Of a stretch of 64,000 nt of DNA, positions 12,980 through 25,840 are shown in pieces. Each line of letters opens with the position of its first letter. Within the stretch, counting starts at the first letter, position 1. The notes beneath the pieces were generated by a model that made no database searches, was not told the DNA's origin, and saw only the letters and a list, made by a program, of their open reading frames with translations. This stretch comes from Felis catus (lineage: Eukaryota). A program made the position numbers and the translations under genes. The stretch lies in the NCBI RefSeq assembly GCF_018350175.1, contig NC_058376.1, forward strand, positions 60,512,001 to 60,576,000. The letters run 5' to 3'.

Positions 12980-15379
12980 TATTTTCATTTTTAGACTTGT
13001 TTTTTATTCTCATATTTATCTTTCTAACTTTTATACTAGCATAAGAAAATCAAAGGGAATAGATCTATTTAGGAAAAGTCACATCACAATATGGATATGC
13101 TTGCATATAACACATGCCAAAGATTCTGAAGTGGTATATAGTCTGTATTATATATAGTGCCATGGTCAAGAGCATGGATTTTGCAGAGTAATAGTGATGT
13201 GACCCCTGATGAGCTATTTCACCTTTCTGGGCTTCAGATTCAGTGTCTACAAAATGAGGATTGATAGTACCAAACTCGGTGGCTGCTCTGAGAATTAAAT
13301 GAGACAATCCCTATAAAGCCATTAGCATAGGTCCTGGCATGATGAAAATGCTTGATGAATGTTAACTTGTGTTGTTCTTCATAGATATTATCTGACCATC
13401 CTCTACACAGTTGGTTGATGGTCCTGTGGGCCTTCAGAGCCACCGTGGAGCAATGTGTAAGCAATTATTGCAAGGACCCTAAAAAAGGTTATTCTTTAAT
13501 TCTGCCTTTTTCCCCTAAAGCGAGGTTCTGTCTCTGGGACTGCAGAACTTGTTGGAGAAGGATTTCATGGCAAGGAAGGTGGGGAGGAGGGAGGAGAAAG
13601 GATTGGTGAGGGGGAAGACTATGAAGTGGGACACAGGATTTCTGCTCCTGTTGGGTAATGTTGGTAATAGTTTTATTGTGGCTCATTTGTTGTAAAGCTC
13701 TCATTTGTTTTTTATTCCTCATTCATTGCACATTCACAGTGTGCCAAGCACTGATACAGGTATTGGGGATACTGTCATGAACAAAGTCTCAGCTTCTATG
13801 GAGCTTACATTTTGGTGAGGTTATCTTTTTTGTCAGCAATTTTATCTTCCTGGAAGTCTTAGTTGGCCCTCACTTCTTCCTCCATGATAGGAATGAAAGG
13901 TTCCAGTAGAACACACTGCCTATTCTAGATCCATATTGAAAAGAGTTTTATTGTGTGGAGTTTGGTGTTTACTCTTCCTATGGAAATTCAGTTTGTCTTC
14001 TGTAAGGAAGGGGAATAATAGAGAAGTTAATCACTCCAAAGAATCATCCTCCTATCAGTCTTCAAAATATCCATGTTGTCAGAGATGAAGAAAATGAGGC
14101 TGAGAGCTTAAGTGATTTTCCCAAGTAGAGGTGGGACTCAAGATTTGGATTTTACAATCCCATGCTTGATTTCTGTTTTCCACAAACTGGGAGTTATTTG
14201 CTCAACTGTAAACAAATAAATTGAATGGCATTAGCCCAGTTGACAGTTGGCTTGATGTTGGTGGTTAGAGTTTCCAGTTAATAGATTTTACAGTGAATAC
14301 ACTTTCAGATAGAGTAGTCTTCTTGGCATATGACATAGCTTAGTGGTTCCCAAATGTTGAGTCCACGGACCAATGTCTATGATAGAGTCATCACCAATCT
14401 CAACAAAATGCGAAATAAATTTAAGTTAAAGGCTGTTCTTCTCATAATTTCTTTTCAACTTTTTGTTATGAGATAATGATGAAAGTAAGAGGTAGTTAGG
14501 CGTTTGTTTTCAAATTGCTATTTTACAAAATAAAAAGTTGGCAAGCCTATGTCTTGCAATTCTTTCTTTGTTACAGTTTACTGCTGGGTAAATTCAAAAG
14601 GCTGGGGAAAACTGATACAGCCAATGAAATGAAAAAATAGAAGTTCTGTTTCTAGAAATATGGAATACTAGGTGTTAAAAAAAAAAAGATCCTCCTAGTG
14701 CAAAACACCTAAAAAGGAAGTAAAATTGGAAAAATTAGATATAAAAAAATGCATAGTTGTATTGGCAAGAAAGGAAAATTCTTAGAGGCCAGAAATGACA
14801 AGAAGGCACAAATCAAAGAAAGCTACACCTGGGAGAGACAAGACAAATCTCAAGGTGTGAACAATGTGGGAAATAGGATCTAAGACTTTTGCTTAAAGCT
14901 AGTGCTCCCCAATGGTCATATCCTTGGTGAAAAGAGGAAGTAAGAAAAAAAAGTGCCCCTCAAAGGAAGCCCAGTATACAACTGCCTGTCTTACCCTTGG
15001 GATGCTAGGAAGGAATTTCTCCTAAGAAATTCATAGCCATGAGTCATTCTCATAGGATTTAACGCTAGAATTCCCATTACTAATATGAGCTGAAAAATCC
15101 CAAGCTGAGAATCCAAAATAGTCTGAGTTGGGTAGTCTCTCTCCAGGTACCTGATGGGAGCAGGTAAATTTTCTCTGAAGGTGTGCTTCTTGATTTCGGC
15201 CTTAAAGAATTCCTGCAGATATGATTCCAATTAACATTAGCTCAAAATTAAAAACCACAAAATATATGAAGAAATAAGATGTCATGGCTAGCAATCAAGA
15301 GAAACATCAAGAAACAAAATCGGAACTTTAAAAATTTCAGATATTAGAAATGTTGGATACAAAATATAAAAGAGGTATT

Positions 15380-15513
15380 NNNNNNNNNNNNNNNNNNNNN
15401 NNNNNNNNNNNNNNNNNNNNNNNNNNNNNNNNNNNNNNNNNNNNNNNNNNNNNNNNNNNNNNNNNNNNNNNNNNNNNNNNNNNNNNNNNNNNNNNNNNNN
15501 NNNNNNNNNNNNN
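15380..15513. other. Assembly gap (others at 17320-17555, 38590-38740, 41067-41199, 52986-53123)
   Basis: N runs. Confidence 0.99.
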
Positions 15514-15699
15514 TCACTTTTGAGAGACAGCTCAAGTGGGGGTGGGGCAGAGAGAGAGGGAGACACAGAATCCAAAGCAGTCTCCAGGCTCTGAGCTGTC
15601 AGCACAGAGCCCGATGTGGGGCACGAATCCACAAACTGTGAGATCATGACCTGAGCCAAAGTCAGTTGCTTAACTGACTGAGCCCCCCAGGTGCCCCCC
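15514..15699 (-). mobile_element. Can-SINE (tail lost in assembly gap)
   Basis: gagagagggagacacagaatccaaagcag...ccccaggtgcccc. Confidence 0.88.
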
Positions 15700-16067
15700 A
15701 GGTATATTTTTTAAAAAGAACCAATTAGAACTTGTATAAGTAAAAAATAAAACCACTGGCATTTAGAAGTTTCACTTACACAGGTGGAAAGAGAGTTAGT
15801 GAACTGGAAGATAGATATGAAATAATTACTCTGAAAGCATGGAAGAACCAGGTTGCAAATATGGGAGATAGATTAAGAGAAAATAAAGTCAGAAGGTACA
15901 ATATACATCTAAGTAGAATTACAGGAAGAAATAATAGAGATAATGAGAGAGATGCATACCCAAAGTTATAATGAAGGGAAAACTTCCAGAACTGATGAAA
16001 TAGAAGAAACCTTAAATTCAAAAATCCTTATGAATACCAAGCATGATAAATTAGAAAGCCACACCTA

Positions 16068-16277
16068 GGGGCACCTGGGTGGCTCAGTCGGTTGAGCATC
16101 CTATTTCAGCTCAGGTCATGATCTCACAATTCGTGAGTTCGAGCCCCACGTCGGACTGTCTGCCGACAGCTCAGAGCCTGGAGCCTGCTTCGGATTCTGT
16201 GTCTCCCTCCCTCTCTGCTCTTCCCCTGCTCACATGCTGTCTCTCTCTCAAAAATAAATAAAGATTAAAAAAAAAAA
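16068..16277 (+). mobile_element. Can-SINE (SINEC_Fc-like)
   Basis: ggggcacctgggtggctcagtcggtt head; perfect TSD agaaagccacacctag at 16053 and 16277. Confidence 0.93.
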
Positions 16278-19263
16278 GAAAGCCACACCTAGACACACTG
16301 TATTGAAGTTATAGAATATAAAGATAAACAGACCTTGGAAAAGCTACAGAGAAAAGAAAAATAAGCTATGAAGGAATGATAAGAAGTTGATAGCTGACTT
16401 CTCAACAGCATCTATCAAAATTAAAGGAGAGATACACATTCACAATCCTTCATTGAAAAACAGGTAACAAGCCACATGTAATATCTAAAGAATTATATCC
16501 TCAAAAGGCTTACATTGTAGTAGCATTATGAAAACACCTTTTTAACCATAACTGGAATGAATTGGCCCACAAACTTGAAATACAGAATTTTTCCCCTATA
16601 TTTTTAGCCAGCCATTTGATCACTCATGTGTCCCACCTGCTTTATTTTCAGGAAGCTCAGTGTCTTCTTTCGAGAGTTACCATGCCCTTTAAATTGAATT
16701 GTCTAAGAACACTGGATACTTACTCCAAAGTGTATTAGTCCTCTTCTAATGCCAGATGTAGAGGGAAATGGATTTGGTCAGTTTATACCACCCAGTGCAG
16801 TTACTTTTTCACTGATGTATGTATTGTAGTTGAATTTGGCCTTGAAAAATTCCATGGATATTTGTCCATTGCAAAGACATTTTGATGAGTTCAGATCATT
16901 GTTTGATCAGTTTAACTTATAACTTTCTTGAGTAGCAATCATAACCTCCCAGAGAGCAGTGGGTCACATTGACTACTACCACCATTTTCAGATGGAAAAT
17001 TACTGTACTTATTTCCCAGAGTGGTCACCTGCCTTCTCAGAGTGGAGGCAGAGTTTTAAAACCATAGGAAACACCAAAAGTCTTGTATTCATCTTTCCAA
17101 GGGCAATGACACCTGCTTAGTCTATACTTATATGACCAGGGGGACTACTCAATGACCCTCACAGGATCTTCTCCAGGGGATCATTTCTCTTCTTCTATAG
17201 ACTGAATGTTTGTGTCCTCTCAAAATTCATGTTGAACTCTAAGCTCCAGTGTGATAGGATTTGGAAGCGAGGACTTTTGGAGGTAATTAGGTCACAAGAG
17301 CAGAAGCCTCATGAATGGGNNNNNNNNNNNNNNNNNNNNNNNNNNNNNNNNNNNNNNNNNNNNNNNNNNNNNNNNNNNNNNNNNNNNNNNNNNNNNNNNN
17401 NNNNNNNNNNNNNNNNNNNNNNNNNNNNNNNNNNNNNNNNNNNNNNNNNNNNNNNNNNNNNNNNNNNNNNNNNNNNNNNNNNNNNNNNNNNNNNNNNNNN
17501 NNNNNNNNNNNNNNNNNNNNNNNNNNNNNNNNNNNNNNNNNNNNNNNNNNNNNNNTTCTAAGCTACAAGGTTTTTTCACTTCTCATTCACAGCCCACTTT
17601 CAGCAACTGATCCCAAATGGGCAGAATCTACTTATATCATGACACAGCTGCCAACTTCTCTTGCTAAAGGAGAACAAAACTCACAGAATCCATTTCTCAT
17701 GGGGCAACTCTATGAGGCAGACTACTATAGCTGAAATGCCTGAACATACGTTTACCTGTGGGTAACAGGTATGCTTGTGTGAAAATCTCATTCCTTGCTT
17801 ATTTCTAAATAGGGAAAGTATTTCTGATGGTATATGATTGCCAGTGAATGATGTGAACAAATATTCACATATATTGTGAGGGAGGGTGCAGGCAAATCTG
17901 AAGGTATAATCAGTAGATATCAAACTTGTTTTCCTTTCCAGAAAATAGGTCTGATTGCTTGGCATGAATATTACATTGGAAAGAGGCAGAAATACTTCAT
18001 TTCTTCATTCAGAACGCAAACATGTATCATGAGGTCTGAAAGTAAATCCAGTATACCTAACCACATTCATTCTGCGGCAAATATCTAGAAATCAGCCGTG
18101 GCCTGCACACGTGTATTTATGTTTGTGTGTATGTGTGTGTGTACACAGATACATTGATTAATAGCAATGAGTACTTCCTTGTGATCAAATCCAAGGAGAT
18201 TAAAAACTTGACATCTAGTACCTAACCAGTTGCAAAAGGGTATTTATAAGTTACTAGGATTTCAAAGGAAATGAATGTTCGTTGAAGACTAGCCTATGCT
18301 GAGCTCTCTTTTATGTGTTATTCTACATATATGTTAGCTCAATGTTTTTAAGCTACCTTATCATTTATTAAATGTGGTCAAGTAACTTTAGATCCTTGAT
18401 CTCAGGTTTTTAAAGGCATAATAAAAATCCTGTAAAATTCAGGCCTTATAAGATATAATAGGAGGCATTTTTACTCCAAGGTGCTATTTTTATTAAAATA
18501 TTGGAATCAATTATTACAAAATAATATGTGATGCTCATTTAAGAACTTGCAAACAATATTTCAGTAAATAAAGTAAAAACTGAAAGTTCCCTACACCCCT
18601 GATGGATTCCACTTCCCACTGAGAGCCACTGGTAATAGCATTACATTTCTCCCTCCTGATCTAGTTTTATTTCCTGAATCATGCTCTTTTACTTAACACT
18701 GTATCTGGGAGATATGTTAACCTCAGTACTAACAGAGATAGATTGTCCTTCCATAGTACTTCATAGAACAAATATACCATAATTATTTCTTTACTGATAC
18801 ACACTTAGGCTGTTTTCAATGTTTCATTTATAAAAACAAATTTATAGCAATTATTTTTATACACATATCTCTGTACATTTGTCAGAATATTTCTCTTGAG
18901 TAGATTTCTAGAAATTGAATTAATATGTCAAAGGATCTATATATTTATATTTAATGAATATATTGTATTCATTAAAATTTTAAAAAAATTTTCCTTAAAG
19001 TTAGCTAGATTTTCTTTAGTTTGTTTTAGCTCCAATTTAACCTCTAGAAAACTGCTGACATGGTTTTGGAGAAGCCCCTCACAGAGGACTAAAGATGCTG
19101 AGAAAATGTGAGGGAAAGACTTTAGGCTCACCTGCTAAAGTCACACAGCTCCAGGACCATCCCTGTGTCCCTGACAAAATGAATCAAAGCAAGTAGACAG
19201 AAGTTAAGAAAAACTGAGAGTGCTGGGTGTTCAAAACCAAAGATTTAGAAAAAAAATACCTTA

Positions 19264-19475
19264 GAGGATCCTGGCTAGCTCAGTCAGTTAAGCATCTGAC
19301 TCTTGATTTTAGCTCAGGGCATGATTTCACAGTTTGTGGGATTGAGCCCTATTTTCGGTTCCGTGCTAGGCATGGAGCCTGTTTGGGATTCTCTCTCTCT
19401 CTCCCTTTCTCTCTGCCTCTCCCCTACTCACTTTCTTTCACTCTCTAAAAAATAAATAAATAAACATTTAAAAAA
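19264..19475 (+). mobile_element. Can-SINE
   Basis: ctggctagctcagtcagttaagcatctgactcttgattt head, CT tract, A tail. Confidence 0.88.
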
Positions 19476-19496
19476 CTAAAATGTTAAATAGTCTCT

Positions 19497-19716
19497 CTTT
19501 TTTTAAAAAAGTATTTATTTTTGAGAGAGAGAGAGAGAGAGAGACAGAGTGCAAGTGAGGGAGGGGCAGAGAGAAAGGGAGACACAGAATCTGAAGCAGG
19601 CTCCAGGCTCTGAGCTGTCAGCACAGAGCCTGACATGTGGCTCAAACCCATGAACTATGAGATCATGACCAGAGCTGAAGTCAGATGCTTAACTGACTGA
19701 GTCGCCCAGGTGCCCC
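19497..19716 (-). mobile_element. Can-SINE (SINEC_Fc-like)
   Basis: Reverse SINEC body ending cccaggtgcccc. Confidence 0.9.
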
Positions 19717-19855
19717 TCTTTTTTTTTTTTTTTTTAAGTAAGCTTCATGCCCAGTGTGGGGGCCAATGCGGGGCTTAAACTCATGACCCAAAGATCAAGA
19801 CCTGAGCTGAGATCAAGAGTCTGGCACTTAACCAACGGAGCCACCTAGTCACCCC
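19717..19855 (-). mobile_element. Short Can-SINE
   Basis: poly-T then gatcaagacctgagctgagatcaagagtc..gagccaccta; abuts the previous SINE. Confidence 0.82.
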
Positions 19856-20302
19856 AAAATCATCTAAATCTTAAATGATGCAGGAAGTTTCACAGGCAGT
19901 TAAATACGTAGATCCTTATCTCCTTAATTATAAAATAATCTTATGTGGCACTATTTTAAATATTCTAACTTTTTACAAATTTCAAGTATTTCATGACTTA
20001 AGCCTTCATATTTCTCACAAAGACTTATGCTCATCAAGACTAGAGGCAGCGTTTTGGAATAAAGAGTGCATTCAACAAATCCTTATAGAGCGACTCTCAA
20101 CTGTCCAACTCTCCTGTCACTAGCTGTAAGTGAATATGTATATAAAGGACAAATAAAGGGCCAGGCCCTGTTAGCTTTCAGATATCCCCAAGGAAAGAAA
20201 TGTATGCACATTTCCTTGGGCGTGGCTTTCAGAGAAGTATGAGAGAAGCCGTGCACTCATTTGTTTTTGTTTTCTCTCCTGCTTCCTCCCTTCTCCTTGC
20301 TC

Positions 20303-20561
20303 TTGTTTGTTTGTTTGTTTGTTTATTATTTTGAGAGAGAGTGAGAGCATGAGCAGGGGAGGGGGAGAGAGAAAGAGAGAGAAGGAGAGAGAGAGAATGC
20401 AGGAGCAGTAGAGGGAGAGGGAGAGAGAGAGAATCCCAAGCAGTCTCCACACTGTCAGCATGGAGCCCGTCACAGGGCTTGAACTCACAAAATGTGAGAT
20501 GATGAGCTGAGCCAAAACCAAGAGTCAGACCCTTAACCGACTCAGCCACCCAGGCGACCCC
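20303..20561 (-). mobile_element. Can-SINE
   Basis: (TTTG)n tail, GA tract, agaatcccaagcag..cagccacccaggcgacccc. Confidence 0.9.
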
Positions 20562-20659
20562 TTTCTCCTTGTTTTTTGAAGTAATCTTGAAATGGGCTCA
20601 GTGACACCTATGGAGAGAAGTGTGACTGACCTTTCTTCTAAGTGCCCTACAACCAAGAG

Positions 20660-22335
20660 GTCTTTCTCCGCATGAATATTCAGATGTCAAGTAAGAGGTT
20701 TTCTGTGACCAAGTGATTTTCCATAGTAGTTAGATTCAAAAGTCCTTTTCCCTGTATAAGTTCTTGGATGTTGACTGAGATAGGCACGTGCAAAGGCCCT
20801 CCCACATATCTTAATGCTCAAGGAGTTTCTCTCCAACATGAATCCTTCAATGCTGAGTGAGCAGTGAGCAGCAGCTTCAGGCTTTCCTGTATTCACTGCA
20901 TTCAGAGAGTCGCCCCAGCATCACTCCTTGGGTGTCAAGGGAAGGAAAAGCTGTTACAAAGGGCCTTCTCACACTATTTGTACTCAGCGTTTTCTTTCTC
21001 TAGAGCGGATCCTCATGTGCCTCCTTTTGCATGTGGACTACAAGGAGGAGGGTAGGCAAAGGCTTTTCCACATTCACTGCACTCATAGGGCTTCTCTCCA
21101 GTGTGACTCCTGATGTGTTGAGTGAGGGAGACACTGTAGTAAAAACCTTTCCCACAGTCTTTACACTCATAAGGCTTTTGTGCATTGTGGGTCATGCCAT
21201 GTCCAATAAAAACAGAGTGGTAGATGAAGGTCTTTCCACATTCGCTGCACATGTAGGACTTCTGTCTGGTGTGAATCCTCTTGTATTGAGTGAAAGCAGA
21301 GTTGTGGTGAAAGGCATTCCCACATTCGTTGCACCCGGAGGCTGGGTCATGCTACGCGGGACAAAAACAGTGATAGTTGAAGGTCTTTCTACGTTCACTG
21401 CACTTATAGGGCTTCTTGCCAGGGTGGATCTGCTGGTGATACATGAGGTGTGTACATGGATGTTGTCAGCATGGGGCTAACAACCTTTCCACACTCGATG
21501 TACTTATTGGACATCTCTCCAGTGTGAATCCTCATTTGTCAAAGTCTACCTTTTCATGAAAGGCTTTCCCACACTTGTGGCATTCTTAAGGTTTCACTCC
21601 AGTGTGAATGCACTGATGTCAGACAAGGAGGCAATTCTTGTTAAATGCTTTCCTGCATTCTTTGCATTTGTTTAGGATCTACTCTGCATGAACCAAAGTG
21701 CCTTTACATGGTCCCATGTGAGTCACAGTCATGGAAAGCATCTCCTGCAGTGTCTTGCTTCTGTAAAACCCTTGAGTGCAGACTCTTCATCTGTCCCCAG
21801 CCACTTGTATTCAAGGCTCATCTTCTCCAGGAGGGCCTCCTTGTGGGAGACTGCAACTGGTCTCAAGTGCCCTTCCTGCATTTCCAGCAATCATTCCTGA
21901 TCTCTGGCTTGCCTCAACCTGCAGGACCTTCTGGTGTCCTGAGTGAGTCTTGAAGCAAGTCCTTCTGAGACAAAGCTGGCTACTCTTGGGTTTAACCTGT
22001 CACCTGGACAGGTGCTTCAGTAAAGACCTCTCTGTCTCTTACCAGTGCCTCAGCTGTTAGGTCAACTCTGATTTGGGAACTGCATGCTCCAGTGAGACCA
22101 GGGGTCTGCAGGTCTCCACACGCACTCCCCAGAATGGGGTCCTCTGGGCCTGGTCCAGTTGCCCTCACTCCTTCCAAGTGAAGGTCATGGACGGGTCCAA
22201 ACACTGCCTCCTGGAACGCTGTGCACAAAAGGCGCAGGCAACACTGCTTCCACCTGCACAGAGCTTGCCTGAGACTGTGGATACCAGAGCACACAGTGCC
22301 CAGCTGCTGTAGCGGAACTACAAGTCCCAGAGGCC
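20660..22335 (-). pseudogene. ZNF80: Processed KRAB-C2H2 zinc-finger pseudogene, ZNF80 orthologue
   Basis: The minus strand reads KRAB-A/B remnants (FQEAV..SMTFTWKE*GQLDQAQRT..ETCRPLVSLEHAVPKSEL), a spacer (MSLEYKWLGTD..LHSRVLQKQ..FHDCDSHG) and about 12 C2H2 remnants (CGKAFHEKVDF; CSECGKTFIYHSVFIGHGMTH; CKDCGKGFYYSVSLTQHIRSHTGEKPYEC) with stops and frameshifts. These match recalled human ZNF80 and its position upstream of TIGIT. Confidence 0.88.
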
Positions 22336-24944
22336 TTTAGTTTAAGTTTTTTATTTTTGGGAATTGAACCTTCAGTTACCCTGCAACAAAGTTCATACTT
22401 TGTGTGTGGTAGGAAGTACACTCCAGTTGTGTCAGGGAGAACTTCTAAACATGTACTCAAATATGCATGTGACCATGCTGCAAGGAATTTTGTCATGCAG
22501 GGTGTGGGGCATGTCCTACTTGCCGCTTTATTCTCCGTACTGACCCACATAAAACTGTACACAGGGGCTGGGTATGAAAGTCAGTCCAGTCCAGATACTG
22601 AGTGTTGGGGAAGGCAAGGAAATTCAAGATGTCTTTTATGGTGTGTATGGTTCTGTCTTTAGTAAAACTGCTTTGAAAAAGTGTGGCCTTGCTTCCTACC
22701 AGTCTTTCCAAGGAGAAGCTTTTCCATGTGTGCCTCAGGAGACATGTACAAGAATGTTCAGGACAGTAAACATCTGGAGGGAGTCCTGGAAAGAGGGTAG
22801 ATGAATGCCTTCTCCACAGAATGGAACATTTCCTCAACCGTCTGACAGTGCTCTAGCCTAGGCTGTAGCAGGGAACTGGAAGCATCACAATTGACATTGC
22901 AGAACCTGGGAAAGTTAGGGCCCAGCAGTGCCAAGTCCCTCTGGAGCTGGTGAGGAGCAGAGGCCATCATGGGGAGCGTGGGGAGAGAGTTTGAGCATGA
23001 CCCTGAGCCACTGCCCTCCCCTGTCCAAGCTGGAACTAGTTATGACCATGAAGAGCAGATCTTGGGACTAGAGAAGGAGAGGCTAATTTGAAGGTTCTGG
23101 TAGGCACTGGAAAGAACACCGGTGGTCACTGACACTCTGGATGTTGAGACCTCCACCTGTCATTGCTCTTCTTGAAGTTGTTTGGAATGGTCATCTCTGA
23201 TAGTATGACCAGCTCAAGAGGAGAGAGCTAAAGATGCTGCCATTACAGGACTCCCAGTGAAATGGCTTGACAGGGTGACTTTCAGCCAATACTTAAACTT
23301 TGTTTTATTCTTCTGTCTTCTGTGCTGGCCAAAACCTCCATCTACAATGCTGAAGAGAAGGGGCGATAGCAAGTGCTCTTTTTATTTCCCTGATGTTAAA
23401 AAAATCTAGTATTTCATAATTGAGATTATGTTTAGTATAGATTTTTGTTGACATTACCTGCTTGATCACTTTTATAACATTTGTAAGTATTAGGGTCAGA
23501 GAAATGAAAGACTAGACAAACATATCACCCGGGAAGATCCAACAGAGTTTTCTCATCCATGGGACTTATTGGAAGTCAGTGCAGTGAGGATACAAGGCAG
23601 AGAGGTAGCTGTGTTTTCTCAATATCGGACTCTCTCCAGAATAAGAGGCAATAGTGGATGGCCATGACTATGGCTGGCAGCTATGCATGAGATAATCTGA
23701 ATAGGTGCTGGACTGTCTTGGCCAGGACAGGTGCCCCCATCAGCCTCAGGATGCTACACATTTGAGACAAAATTTTCTCCAGCAGTGGTTCTCCAAGTGT
23801 GGTCCTTGGTCTCAGCTGTATTCACTTTTAAGAGTTCAAGAAAGGCTGGCCCCTAAATACTGATGTCATAACCAGGATAGTGTGGGCAATTACAAAATGA
23901 GTTAGCTTTGCTTCTTGAAAAGTCCATTTTTTTCTTTAGTGAATTTAAAATAGTTTCAATCATATAGAGCAGTTTCTGAAATGATTAATACTTTCAGTCA
24001 TTTGAGCCATCAGTAGCAATGCTTTTAAGTAGCCTGAATATCTTAGCCAGGAGTTGGTACAAATTAGGTCACATCAGAAGCAATGCTATACTCAGAGTCT
24101 GTTATTAGCCATTCTCAATGGCTTCACATGAGGCTTCTGTGTCAGCCAGGGCTGCTGCAGTTGACAACCATTGTGAGTGCACACTGTCACAACTTTTGGT
24201 TCCTGACCATACCCATGGTCCACCACTATTCCTCTGCCTCCCTTTAGCATTGTAGTCCAAGCATGAGTATAGACTTTTTCTCTGGTATTAGACCGGATTA
24301 TGAGTTTAATAAGACTTTGCTAAAGGCTGGGGATTTTGAGGGGCTTCCACACAAAGAATAACTTACAATTGGCTACTAGCTATCATTCTTAAAGCCCTCA
24401 GTTCCTAGTCTGTCCTCCTGGGGCCTCCATAAGACTGCATTTCTATTCAGAGAACATTCTTTCCCCTTAAGGAAGAACCCAGGTTTTCTCTAACACCAAG
24501 AAACACCTTAAACATGCCTTAATTCCTCAGAGTCTAGGCCCCAAGACAAGGTGCAGGGAGAGGAAGTTTCCTTCCCAACTCCATCTTAGGCCTGTCTTTT
24601 ACTACACCCACCAATCAGGAGAATGATATAGTATCTACTTCCTTTAGTGGAGACTCTGCCCCCATTCACACAGTATTACCCTGTGTCTTCGTTAGTACAT
24701 CCCTTTTGGACATAACTGGGTAATATTTATATAAAATGTACATACTTACTGGTTGATTGCATCTCCTGCAAAAGATGTTGAAGTCCTAACCCCCAGTAAG
24801 TACACACAAATGTGATTTTATTTGGAAAGAGGATCTTTGTGAATGATAAAGTTAAGAATAAGGTCATTAGGATGGTCCCTAGACTAATACAGTTTATCCT
24901 TATAAAAAACTTTTAGAAAAAAGAGCTGCTTTCATTAGAAAGAA

Positions 24945-25840
24945 TGATTATGATGGGAAAGAATAATGTTTTCAACAGATGGTGCTGGGACAACTGGATC
25001 CTCATGCAAACGAAAGAACTTGAATTCTTGCCTCACATACACAAAAACTTAAAATGGATCATAGACTCAAATGTGAGAGCTAAAACAATAAAACTCTTCG
25101 AAGAAAACAGGCGTAAATTTCTATAATCTCAGTTTAGGCAGTGGTTTCTTACACATGATACCAAAAGCATGAGCAACAGAAAGAAAAAATAGACAAACTT
25201 GGTTTCATACAAATTAAAAATTTGGGCTTCAAAGGACACCATTGACCAGGTGCCTAGATGGCTCAGGTGGTTAAGTGTGTGACTCTTGATTTCAACTCAG
25301 GTCATGATCTCACACTTGTTTAGATTGAGCCCCACATCAGGCTCTGTGCTGGGTGTGGAACCTGCTTGGGATTCTCTCTTTCCCTCCCCCTTACACCCCC
25401 CCAAACAAACAAACAAAAGAAAAGAAAAACAAAAACAAAGGACACCACAGAATAGGCACAAATGTTTACAAATTATATACTTGATAAGGGATTTGTATTC
25501 CTTGTATAAATAACTCTTATGACTTAATCAAAAGACAAAGAACCCAATTAAAATGAGCAAAGAATTTGAAAAGCTATTTCTTCATAAAGGATATGTAAGT
25601 AGCCAATAGCACATGAAAAAATGTTCAGTGCCATTAGCCATTAGGAAAATGAAAATCAAAACCACAGTGAGTTACCATTTCACACTTAGGGGATGACTAA
25701 AACTGAAAAGAATAACAAGTATTGGTGAGGATGTGGAGGAATTGGAACCCTCATATGCTGCTGGTGGGAATATCAAATGCTGCAACTGTTTTGGAAAACA
25801 GTGTGGTAGTTACTCAAAATTTTAAATGTAGAGTTAGTTA
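24945..25840 (+). mobile_element. L1 ORF2 3' fragment
   Basis: ttcaacagatggtgctgggacaactggat (FNRWCWDNW)..aaaatggatcatagac..aaatcaaaaccacagtgag..tggtgaggatgtggagga. Confidence 0.8.
25247..25440 (+). mobile_element. Can-SINE inserted in L1
   Basis: SINEC head and body; flanked by caaaggacacca repeats. Confidence 0.85.

Larger units (their letters stand above)
14640..16430 (+). mobile_element. Old L1 5'/ORF1 region, degenerate
   Basis: A-rich; gttagtgaactggaagataga..aaacttccagaactgatgaaa..agctgacttctcaacagca. Confidence 0.65.

Noticed and set aside
1-14000. DRD3 exons expected by synteny
   Set aside because: No GPCR-like coding sequence seen; non-coding exons cannot be recognised by eye
16079-16261. 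Recurring MAQSV..AQVMIS..SSPT ORFs (also 12777, 20171, 39976 and others)
   Set aside because: Translations of Can-SINE sequence, not a gene family
17229-17734. Long ORFs containing X runs (also near 15288, 38553 and 52838)
   Set aside because: Artefacts of N-gaps
21031-21480. 149-aa plus-strand ORF
   Set aside because: Antisense shadow of the zinc-finger repeats
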